A stretch of 64,000 nucleotides of DNA from Nageia nagi. Lineage: Eukaryota; Plantae; Pinophyta. Below the pieces are notes generated by a model. It was not told the origin of the DNA, searched no databases, and saw nothing but the letters and a program-made list of their open reading frames with translations. Positions 26,539 through 38,139 of this stretch are shown here, in pieces. The stretch spans positions 98,146,001 to 98,210,000 of the forward strand of contig JBITNC010000001.1 of the NCBI GenBank assembly GCA_050084985.1, given 5' to 3'. The translations under genes and the position numbers were made by a program. Each line of letters starts with the position of its first letter. Within the stretch, counting starts at the first letter, position 1.

Positions 26539-29500
26539 AAGCCTCCCCTCTTGAATTTCTTACCCTTAAGCAATGGTAGGAGATAGCTAAGGTTTGTCTT
26601 CCAAGAGTCCTTTGGTATCTTTAGCTACACTTTGCTTCTAGAAAACCACCTAGATATCATGTCTCTCTAGCTAAGGTATGTCCTTAATGCTGACTAGTCT
26701 ACTACCCTACAAGTTCATGACATTTCAATGGCCATCACTCCTCAGGATATGTTCGTGGATGAATCTTGCTAGCCATAAAACTTAGTGTTCTCCTATAATG
26801 AATTGTACTTGTAATGTCTTGCAAAAAAAATTATCAACACAAAATATGTTGGACCTAAGCCCCTTTTAAGATTCTTATTGATCCCATCAAGGAGTGATTC
26901 CATAATCTATAATGTGGGGTTCCAAAACTCATGAACACTCTGCATAGGCACTTCTTCTCTCCTCATGCTCAACATGGGATCCCCTCCTTGGAAACCCAAC
27001 TAATCTCTCTTTGGTGTTAACATATCCAACATGGGATCCTAATCTCCTTAGACACCTATTGTGACTTCCTTAAATGGCCTCCTACCCAACATGGGGATCT
27101 AACCTCCTTGGCTACCAAATGTAGTTGTCCTAGCCTTTTTTAGGATCAAGATGGTACTCCAACCTTCCTAGCCACCAAATGTGGTTATCCTAACCTTATC
27201 CAAGCTCAATGAGGTCCTCATGGTATCATCCTATCCTAGCTCCATTGACTCTAGTTGGTTGTTAGTCCTCTATGTGTCCTCCTCTTGAATCCCATGTAGT
27301 GTGTACTCAACTCCATCCATCTAAAACCTCATGGTAAGATTTTGGTAGTTGGTATGAATGTCACCCAACTTGAACAAGCATTACACCCTTAAAATGACAT
27401 GCGGGTGTCCCATGAGTGGATACAGGTAGAAGTTCCCCCTTACCACACAACCTTATAGCTTGATCCCCAATCTCTCCATAATCTGATCCACCAATGTCAA
27501 CTTGCCACTAGCATTTAAAACTCAAAATACCTTAAAACCCTTGGTCTTTAGGTCCTTCCTCTTTATCAAATTGATGTTAATAAAATTATGTGATGCCCTC
27601 AGATTTATCATCACCATGACATCATGATTGTAAGCTTGATCAATTAGCTTCAATGTCAAGAACTTCTTTACCCCATGAAGTGAAGCTACCATGCTACCTA
27701 ATGTGCCCTTTGCATGCAGCAACTGTGAGTCTTCCACCTCCTCATTTAGATCTATCTCTGATTCCTTTGAGCTATCCTTAGGAATCAAATCAATGTAGTG
27801 TACCTATCCTTTACCTATGCAATGATGTCCTGGCTCCCACTTCTTCTTGCAATAGAAGCACTTGCCCTCTTCTCTCAGCTTCTTTCTAATGGTAGCATCT
27901 AATTGATCCAATCCAGGCATGGGGAGTTCTTTGGCCTTGCTAGGACCTTCCCACATCCTTCAACTTGGTGATACCTTGTTGGTTGATCCTCCCCTAAGGG
28001 ATTTCACAGTAGGCTCCAAGTCATATGCATCTCAAATGGCATCATCCAAGGTCCTGGGATATGAAACTTGACCATCCCTCTCAATGGTTTGGCCAACCCC
28101 TCAATGAATAGGAACATCAACCACTCCTCAAGAATGTGGTGGATCATCACTGCCAACTTCTAATTCTTCTTCATGAACTCATCCATCATCTTTGTCTACC
28201 TTAAAGAATTCAGATCTCAAAAGTAATCATTCTCCTTCTTTTGATTGAACCTATTCACTAATTGCCTAGTGAATTCCTTAAACATGGTAATGTGGGTATA
28301 GCCTTGACTCACCATGCCATGAAGCCACCACTCCAATGTATCTCCCTCCAAATGCAAGAATATAAAAGTGATGGCTTCCTCCTCCATCATGCTAGGGTTC
28401 AAAATAAAGTATGTTTGCAATTAATGCACCCAAGCCCTTGATGTCATCCTCTTACCATCAAACATGGGTACTTGCATCTTGTTGATCTTATGTTTCTCTC
28501 TTTCTATCCCACTACCCTCATAATTGACGTTGGCCATGTGAGCCACCCTTCAACCCTAGTAGCTCCAAATAACTGCTAAAATTGATGTCTCATCTCACAT
28601 TGGGATGCAACATGTTATAGTCTTTATGATGCTTGTTTGGTTCCAATAGACCAGGCACCCTTGCTTTAGGGTCTTGTCCCTCTTTTGATGCAAACATGGG
28701 CTTATTTGGCCTAGGAATGATAGGCTAATCATCCCTTCCTCCAATGTTGGTTTCCAAATACCATTTAAGGGGGATTTTTTGTTGTGGTATCTATTGTGAT
28801 TGGAATCTCTAAAATTATGGCACAAATTATTCCCTAAACCCTCATATGGAATCCTTATCTCTCATACTCTTGGATCTACTCAATGAATGCTCCCCTTCCA
28901 TCTAATCACCCTTTGTAGATTCTTCAAAATCATTCTCATCCTAAAGTGGGGGTAGAGTTCCTTCCTTGGTATGATGTGGGTATTGAAATCCTCATTCTCC
29001 CATTATAACTCCTCCAGCCCTTCACCAAGTTAACTTGAGCCTTTATGGCCTCCCCTATCACCTCATTGAGCTTTGTAGCCTCATTGAGTGTGGCATGGAT
29101 CTCAATCCTTACTATTTATCACTCATGGACCAACTCCCTCATCCTTGATCCTTCATCCATGCCTTCTTCCATTTGAGTCATGCTGAGAAGGTTCCTGATC
29201 ATTTTGGACATGGCACCTTACTCTCAGCTCTGCTCTTCCTTCTCTTCTTTGTCAATCTTCTTCCTCTACCTCACCCCAATACCAATCCATTCTTTTCTCC
29301 AATGATGCATGGTCTTGATCATGCTATGCAATGCTAAGATCAAAGCTGTAAACTCCCATTTAGGTGTACCATCCCTATCCATCCTCCTATGAACTGAAGA
29401 TTCTTCTTATGTTGCTTCCTCAAAACTTGGCCTTGGGATTTTAGCCTCTTCTTCAATCCAATGTATAGCCTCTTCATCCTAATGGCCATCTTCAGATCTC

Positions 29501-29604
29501 TTATCTCTCCTGGTAGACAACATCTCTCTCTTATTAGATCTAGTGTAATAATGATGGATCTTAGGTTTCATACATGCTGGTAAGATCTAGGCTCTGGTAC
29601 CACT

Positions 29605-30847
29605 TGTGATGTTCCAAAATCACCCTCAACAAAAACAACTCTACTATGGTATTCAAACCCTCTACCAATGAAGCAAACATATTCATTTTGGGTCCCAAGG
29701 GAACCCAAGGATACTACAATGCAGATGTGAGCCTCCCAAGGCCTCCATGTAACCCCTACACCTTGATGTAAGCTTTCTAGGGCACACACCAACACTTGGC
29801 ACCTCAATGAAAACCTCATAGATGAATATGCAATGCTTGAAAACCCATGAATGCAATAAAGCTTCCCACACTAGTATACAAGACACACACACATACATAA
29901 ACAACGCACAACACAACGGAGAGAGACATAAGATGTATTTTATTATGGAATTGTATGGAGTACAATGAGGATCTCAATATCTAGATCTAGGGTTCCAAAC
30001 CCTATGCTAGACGAACACCACAAGAAAGACTCACTCCCTTAGACTCTGAATCCTCTCCTATGAAGGAGTTTCCTCGAACCATAGCTACCTCTAAAGGTAG
30101 AAGCTCACCCTCGAAATACCATCGAATGGACTAGGTGATCCACCTAAGTCATAGAATGCTAGGCTCCCAACCCTATCACTCCTTTAGACGTCATCTAGGA
30201 ATAATGCTTAGCACCACCAAGACTTGTATGCCCAATCGAGTTCAGTATAGAAGAAGTATAATCAATAGCTAACCTTCTCATGGTGCTCCATCCTCAATAT
30301 ATAGCCTCACATGTCTATCCATCAAACCTTGTTATCATCCCAAGCTAAATCTATTCCAATGTTGAGGTCAACATGTCAACCATGCCATTGTGGGGGTCAT
30401 ATTGGCCCAATATGCCAACATGGGGGTCCTATTGGCCCTATATGCTAACATTGGGTTCCCGTGGGCCTAATGTGCCAACATGGGGGTCATAAAGGCCCTC
30501 AAGGCTAATGTGGGGTCTAATGGGCCTCCTTAAGCTAACATGGGGTTCCAGGTGACCTCATAAGCCAACATGGGGTAAGTGGGGCCCTCCCAATGTTGGT
30601 GTATCCTTCTATTCACTTTGTACTATATAGGAATCATGCCTATCTAGGGATTCCCATAATCTGGGATAACCCATTACAAACTAATACAACACTACTTAAG
30701 GGGAGACGTCCAATTACTAGCTCACAGTGGGGTTCGTAGACCATAAGCTCCTGCTTGAGTTACACATGTACAACATGATCATAAACAAACACTAGATTAC
30801 AAAGTGACCATGACACATTTTGTCAATGGTCCAAATGGGATGTCACA
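29605..30847 (-). repeat. 5' LTR of the chromovirus-like element
   Basis: Direct repeat of 25294-26538, adjacent to the tRNA-iMet-type PBS. Confidence 0.92.
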
Positions 30848-33319
30848 GAATCCCATATCATTTATAAACTTTGCAAAAGGATTTTAAGGTATCAAAGGCC
30901 ACACTTAATGATATGAAATATATGTGGTTCGAGAACATATACATGATGCACTTTCAAGTTGTGAGAGCTCATGAAGCAATTGAGAATTGTAAGCAAAGAT
31001 CTAGAGTGAGCTAATAAGATCATGAAGTTAAAATTGGGGAGAGGCTAAGAGTGAGGAGGTTGCTAATGAGTGTAAGTAAATTATTCGAGCTTGATGTGTG
31101 CAAGTTGTAGGCTAATTTTAGGTTGTATTTTTATTTCTTAAGCATGTTGGTTAAGGCGTTATTGTTGACATTAATAAATATCTAACAACATTATGCAAGT
31201 CTCACTTCCATGCACCTATAGCTAGGAATCATTTTAGTCAAAGTCCATTATTAGGGCTTGATGTGTACAAGTCATAGACTAATTTTAGGTTGTGTTTGTG
31301 TGTCTTAGGCTTATTAGTGAAGGTTTTGTTATCATCCTCAGATAATATAATGATTCAAAATCTACATTCTTATATAAATTATGGAGATGGTGTTGATAGA
31401 CTTACTACAAATCTTCTACTAAAGCACTTTTATGAGGTAAGGAATATCAATATATTCCCTAAATAGAAGACCTGAAATGTCACTACAGTGGAACTAATTC
31501 TTTGTTCGCAAAGACGAGGATAATAAGGAACCATTTGCAAGAGATTCCAATGAGAATGAAATCAAGAAAATAAGCAATCCCCTAGAAGGAAGGGATTATC
31601 TTACTTGAAGAGTGGGACACTATACAAAGCATAGTTTTCTGCATCGGACAATATACTTTAAGAGTGGGAAAAAACTTTTGAATCGTACCCATAAGAAAGG
31701 CATAATAACATTCACAATAGGAAGTAATGTGTATGCACCTATGTTTAAGCAAGCATAATATGGATTCAAATTTTCGATAAAAACTACATAAAACATAGTC
31801 GTCATTTTTGTGGGCCTAATTATTGAACACACATCTATATTATGGTCTTTGAAATTCATTTAAAAAGAAGTTATTGTTGAACCTTACACCCAAAAAAAAC
31901 CATCCCAAATGATGAATTTGTTGTAATGGTGCTAATTATGATGTGGGAAGTAATAACACTCCATGAGAATCCAACCTACAAAGATTGAAAGAAAGAAAGT
32001 TTATTAATGTCCACGGGAGACCAAGAGTGATCTATGGGACAATTGTATGTTGTTGAAGTACTACTCTTCCTTTGTTTAAGAGAGTGACACAATTAGCTTA
32101 ACCTCTAATAATACACGATATTGACAAGAAATATAGACAAATATTCCAATAATAAGAAGCTTAATCTTATGAGATAAGGAATTTTTTATGTCCACTATTA
32201 TCGTCTCTTTGCCTTTATGGTTTTACATTCTCACTCATCCTCATTGATGCATTCATTGATATGCTTCATTGCAAGGATACCAACTTCTTCCTCCTTTTTT
32301 ATTATGACCACCACATCATAGGTGTCTATCCTTTTTCATCCTTCATCTTGAAAATTGATGGCTTTCTTGAATAATTGCATTTGAAGTGCCCCTTACTTAT
32401 GCATCCACAACATGTTATCTCTTCATTATTTTTAAGGGCCTCATCTTACTATTGGGATCATTATGATACCATAACAACCTTCCGACGGAGAATATTTATC
32501 GCTCATTATGCCATAACTTCTTTTTCTTTCTTCTAAACTCTCTTATTGTCCCTTTGTTATTTTCTTTAATTGATCCATATTTGTAAATAATTTGTACCTT
32601 ATCCTCAAATTATTTGGCTCATGTCATGAGATGAAGTGTTGAAGTAGTATCTTTTCAACTTCATCAATCATATCATCTCTTGAACACTTGTGATCAAGCA
32701 TAATAATATCTTATTTTCTCATATGACTTTTGGCATACTTGTTAATCTTTTCCATGAGATCAAAATATTATTTCCATGGACCAAACTCTTCAAGTTACAT
32801 ATCTTTAACTTAGTCAAAAGAATTTATCATAACATCCTCCAACTTGTACCACCAATGAGTTACTCTATCAAATAAGGTTGGAAGAAATTATGCCCATTAT
32901 ATCTTCATTATTAGGATACTTCGTATATATAACCTCTTGAATTCTTGACTAAATGTTTATGCATTTTTGTTAAATTGAACAAAGAAAATAAGAATTTTGC
33001 CCATTATGAAGCAAATACTCCTTTGAAAGTAATATTACCCTTTATGAGGAATCATCTTGGCAACAAAACCAAATTATTATTATTATAACACTTGGTTAGA
33101 ATATAGGCCTTCCTCTTTCATTAATCTTTTGTGTTGATGCACAAATTATTAGTGCATATATATTTTATATAATATAATCAACAATATGCTTTCACAAAAG
33201 AATAAGTATTATATAAGTATATTCTCAAAAAATACATGTAAAAATCTTTTAATATTACAAATTGAATAATAACATCTTATAAAAAACTTTTATTGAGCTA
33301 ATATGACAAAGGGATATTG

Positions 33320-34020
33320 AGGGAGGATGATGGTGCGACAACAAGAAGAGATTGTAGGAATGATAAAGGGAACCCTAGATCCCTAGTATGCAAGGAGTGC
33401 AACACACACAAAAAAAAAAAAGATGAAGGAGGAAATGATTATAGAGGCTATAGAGAATGCAAAAATCGAAATAGGCAAAGCACAAGATCTAATGGAGGAT
33501 ATCTTGAGGGTTTGATTGATCAAGATTATGGAAAATGAAAGCAAAGTCCTTTCTAAAAGGAAGATAGATTTAATCCATCATGTAGAAATGATGCTACCCC
33601 ATCGTTCATATTGATAAGAAAGACTTTGCATTAAATTTAGACAAATTTGCAAGATTTGAGGCAAAAGACTAAGCATGATAGAGCTCAAAAAATTTATTGT
33701 TATGCATTAGGACAAGGTTATCTCCATAACATTACTTCCCAACAATATCTTTGTTATATCATTATATGAGAATTACTATCAAAACTTTGTATAGGAGAAA
33801 AAATAGAACTAGTTTTACGATAAAATAGGGGTCTATATAAAAGAATGGAGTCCCAACTTCAATCCTCTTACAACAAATATGGATGGAATCTCGATGTGGG
33901 TCAATCTATATGCCCTTCTAGCGCAATTCTCGAGAGAGTGGTTCTTTACAAAAATAGGTAACACTATTGACAGTTACCAATTCATGGATGGATGAACAAA
34001 GGAAAATGTAGTAAATATAT
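33320..34020 (+). mobile_element. L1-type LINE 5'/ORF1 remnant (DUF4283)
   Basis: The + frame near 33828-33995 reads GVYIKEWSPNFNPLTTNMDGISMWVNLYAL...KIGNTIDSYQFMD. Confidence 0.75.
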
Positions 34021-37000
34021 CTAATGAATTTATAGTTTAAGGCATGCTAAGTGATATCACCAATAGTTAGATTTATCAACTATTTATTTAAACAATTAGC
34101 ATACCACTCCTTTTAAGATAATGTTTTGTATCAATGCATCGTTTTTACAATGATAATATGATTAATAAAATATAATCAACAATACATTTCCACAAAAGAA
34201 CAAATATTATGTAAGCATACTCTCAATAAAATACAAACAATTTTTTTTCAATGTTAAATAGCAAATAAAATGTCTTGGTTAAAAAAAAACTATAGCATGA
34301 AATTTACTTTCACTATAACATGAATTTCTTTCAATGTTACATACTATTTTACTATAATATGAATTTTACATTTACTATTAACTTTATACTGTTTATCATC
34401 CCACATTTATTTTTAATTATCTTCATATAGATTTACATGAAGCTTTTTAATAATGATATGTACAATTCTTGCTTGTTAGAAGTAATTATATAATCATATT
34501 TAACTTAAATGCAAGCAATTTCCAATCATTAAGATGCATTTTACTCATGCTTGACAATTTTTTCTCATATTTGCTACAAAGTTTACTGAATTTCTCATAT
34601 TTGCCACAAATCTTGAGCAAGCAATGGATAACAATAAAATTTGGTAATAATCTATTTTTATAGTGATTCATGACACCTTCACTACTTTGAGAGGAAATAA
34701 TATCCCTTCTTCCAATTCAACCTTCATATATCCCATTTGCAAAAATAATTAACTTTAATTTGTTGTCTTTGTATGATCGTATGTACGCATGATATCAATA
34801 TAGAAAGGCTATGCATCTAATTATTTTCTTTATTCTGGTAATTTGTTTTCCTCATTTGAATGCATATTCAAGTATAATGCTTTTGTGTTATTTTGTTATC
34901 AAATATGCATACATATTTTGTCATAAATTTAAACCTTGTATATGTAAAGTTGTATTTATATGCTCATTCAATTCATTATTTTTGTTTATCTCATGTTTAC
35001 TCAATATATATCTAATTTTAAATGATAATATATGAACAACAAAATGAATTACTTATGAAAATATGTTTGTTATGCATGATTCATTTTCAAACTTTGATTT
35101 GTTAAATCTAATTCATATACAAATACATTTGGAACAAGTGGAGAAGAGTTTTTAAAAAATAACAAACTGATTGTTATTTGAAAATTTTAAAAATCAATGA
35201 TTATCAGTTGAGTGAATTAAATATCACATCAAATTGCAATATGATCATATGAGAGAGAAAACCATGTAATATATTCTATTTTTTTGGGAAGTGATGATAA
35301 TGCTCTCATAAATTTAAAAAAAAAACAATATTATATATACAATATACACATGAGAATCGCTAGCGTTCCTTCATTTCCAATTGTCAGTTAAGGCTTGAAT
35401 ATTCGCAGCTACCTCTATAACTCCTACCTCACCTTAGTTCATACAACCCAAAGATAGAGAGAACCATAAAGCCTCAAGGTTCGAAACACCATCCTCAAAC
35501 CAACAAGCACTCAACAAAATCTAGTTCAACTTATTACCTCCACCCCACAGCCAGGCAACCCTACAAGGGTTTGGACTTTAAACTTCAATCTACTCTTGAT
35601 AAAACTTCTCTTTACCAATCCACACAACCCTTGGAACTAATAATATAGTAAAATTAATAAAAGCTTCAAGGAGAAGCTAGTGATGATCCTCCAAAAAAAC
35701 TGCACAAACTCAACATTTTCAAAGATGTTGTCCCTGGCTTACCAAATTGTTTTCTCATACAAACTTTAAAGCATAGCTAATTAACCTGGCTATGAATGTA
35801 TGTTTTACTTCTTAATGGATCATTGGCCCTGCTGAATTGTAGACTTACAATTGTCAAAAAAATTGAACTATAATCATTGATCAAATTAAATCAATCTTAT
35901 CTACAAAATTAGAGAAAGGATGGCAGAAAGGATGGCAATATTCATCATTCATATATTGAAATAAACCCATTTTAAGTAATAATGAAGTAAATTGACACTT
36001 ATAGATGGATTAGTATGGTCATTTCGTAGGACTACACGAGTATGTTTCAACTACTAATCTTTTAAGCATGTATCAACCAAGAAAATATTACAACTTTCAA
36101 ATCCTTATTTGACATAATACCTGTCACTCGTGTCAAAGTAGAGATCATAACCACATCCATTCTTCCAGCTGTTCTAATGCAGGCCTTTTAGACTTTCCCT
36201 TCCTTAATATTTAAATAACCTTAAATTTATAACATTCCATATAACACCATTACTCTGGTCGTATGCAAGACTAGTAAAATAAAAACGTCTTCTCTATCCA
36301 TCATACCATATAAACAAGGTCTTATTTGGATGCTGTATATTCATACATAATAAATTCTTTATTATAGCCCCGGTGTACTTTACTTGCAATCATGGGTTCA
36401 TTTTAAGATCCCCGGGAGTTTTTCTGGAGCAAACAAAACAGGCCGGAGTCCGGAAGTAAAGAATTCCGGAATAAGATGATGACGTCACAGAGGATAAGAC
36501 AGTCGCATTTTGGTAAAAACCGGGTTCCGGAGATGATGATGTCAGCAAGGGGTGATTAAAAGACCGGAGTCAGTGGATCAAGCGTTCCGGAATGAAATGA
36601 TAAAAGCTCAGTTGTGGAAAGGCCCATATTCCGGAGAAAGCAAGTAAAACATTTCCGGAAGGGGAAGATGACATCACGGGAAGAACAACGTTCACATTTT
36701 TGAATGAAACCGGGTTTCGGAAGTGATGAGGTCAGTAAGGAGCTATCAAATAGCCGGAGCCAGTAAGCAACATATTCCGGAGGTAAGAGATGACGTCAGC
36801 GATTCCGAGCCTTAACCCAAAACCGGAGCCCGGAAGTGATGAGGTCAGCAAGAGATAATCAAAGAAGCCGAAGCCGGTAGCTTAAGTGTTCCGGAAGTAA
36901 AGCATTCCGGATAAAACGATGACATCACGACGGAAAGGATAAAGCTCAGTTTTGCTAAAGAACGGGTTCCGAAGATGATGAGGTCAGCAAGAGATAATCA

Positions 37001-37321
37001 AAGAAGCCGGAGCCGGTTAAGTAGAGCATTCCGGAAATGTAAAGATGACGTCACGGATTTCACGTCTTAACCCAAACCCGGATCCCGGAAGCGATGAGGG
37101 CCGCAAAAAGTGATCAAATAGCCGGAGCCAGTGAGTAAAATATTCCGGAATGTAGAGACGAAGCCAGCAAAAGGTCAGATCACAGTTGACAAGAAGCGTA
37201 TCATCTGCAATCTGCCCGTTTTTGTAATATTCTGCCAAGTGGCGTATGTTTTGTAACTGTTAAAAGAAGGCTAGGATCTTGAAGCCGTTTTTGTAACCGT
37301 TTCTGTTCTGCACTTCTTGTA

Positions 37322-37345
37322 ACTGTAGTTACTACAGTATAAATA
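37322..37345 (+). promoter_or_regulatory. LTR promoter: perfect hairpin ACTGTAGT-T-ACTACAGT abutting the TATA box TATAAATA (37338-37345)
   Basis: Seen directly. It lies downstream of the U3 motif array and is repeated in the 3' LTR (about 40554-40577). Confidence 0.65.
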
Positions 37346-37687
37346 TATGAAAATAAAGTGAGAAAAAGGTCGGAAGCCTAGTATTGCTCTTTACATGTGT
37401 TCTCGAAGACCTGTAGTTTTTATCAGTAATATGAAACCATCTTGACCTTTCTTGTCTAACACTCGTAATTGTCATTCTTAATTTGGTTACATCGTGGCAG
37501 CTTGGCTTGTTTCCTGAATGATAATTGCGGGTTGCTAGTATAACTGTGTCTGCTACATGGTAGAGTAAAGCTGGGAAACTATTAGAGAGTGAGAGCTTGT
37601 ACCGTAGCTGCTACACTAGATTCAGGCCAAGGTTTCACACACTGTGAAAGCCCGTGCTGAACTAGTGATCCACCTTTGCTTTCTCTC

Positions 37688-37866
37688 TTGTTACCCTAAG
37701 CCCTTTTGCTTAAATTCCTCGCACTCTTCTCCTTTTATTTCTTTCCTGTTACCCTAACCCTTTTGCTTGAATTCCTCGCACCCTACTCTTTTTATTTCTT
37801 TCCTGTTACCCTAACCCTTTTGCTTGAATTCCTCGCACCCTACTCTTTTATTTCCTTTCCTGTTAC
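37688..37866 (+). repeat. ~57-bp tandem repeat x3 in the LTR (also at about 40920-41097)
   Basis: Units TGTTACCCTAACCCTTTTGCTTGAATTCCTCGCACCCTACTCTTTTTATTTCTTTCC. Confidence 0.9.
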
Positions 37867-38002
37867 TTTTTCTATGCCCAATAGATAAGGAACCGGCCTT
37901 CTCCGGAGATCAGACTGTCACTATAGTCTGTTCATGATTTACTTTGGTTAAGATTGCTCACGGCGCATATATTACACGATCCTAATCAACAGTATCTCTT
38001 TT

Positions 38003-38020
38003 TGGCACGCCCGGTGGGAC
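38003..38020 (+). other. Primer binding site, tRNA-Arg type (TGGCACGCCCGGTGGGAC)
   Basis: 18 nt complementary to ...GTCCCACCGGGCGTGCCA, which resembles the plant tRNA-Arg(UCU) 3' end from memory. Arg priming is typical of Ogre/Tat lineages. Confidence 0.8.
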
Positions 38021-38139
38021 ACGAAGAAACTTATTGGCGACTCTGCTGAAGCACTATCTATGGTATGTATTAAAGCAAATTATTTGCAAATATCATATGT
38101 GCTTTTGAACCTGTCATTTTCTTTTGCAACCTGGAGTTT

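Larger units (their letters stand above)
25294..30847 (-). mobile_element. Non-autonomous chromovirus-like Gypsy LTR retrotransposon (gag and protease, no RT/RH/INT core)
   Basis: LTRs 25294-26538 and 29605-30847 (TGTGA...TCACA). TSD GAATA/GAATC. PBS TGGTACCAGAGC at 29591-29602 and PPT AAGAGGGGAGG next to 26538. Gag FLHLEGDTLEWW, knuckle CFYCKKKWEPGHHC, protease VMINLRASHNFI. Confidence 0.92.
23540..33100 (-). mobile_element. Ancient non-chromovirus Gypsy internal region (gag, protease, RT, RNase H), interrupted by younger insertions
   Basis: Gag FLPTLFDRVTHWWYKL...INSFD*VKDM*LEEFG (about 32775-32890). Protease split at 25293/30853 (AYHIPLGGAWLRRV resembles Y.ILLGRPWL). RT LSPIV..KKN...VDY.KL...FVDGYNRYNQVLIAKKDQL..FTTP (about 24320-24640). 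RNase H IVYIIASDKA...HPIYF...NYIINEK (ORF 23729-23950). LTRs were not identified. Confidence 0.8.
36334..37991 (+). repeat. 5' LTR of the gag-only element
   Basis: Near-identical to 39566-41222. Confidence 0.96.

Noticed and set aside
31430-32050. FAR1/MULE or plant-mobile-domain remnant
   Set aside because: Only vague resemblance in frames full of stops; no diagnostic motif.
37706-37888. Short hydrophobic ORFs 37706-37888 and 40938-41168
   Set aside because: By-products of the 57-bp tandem repeat in the LTRs; the two copies differ by a frameshift.
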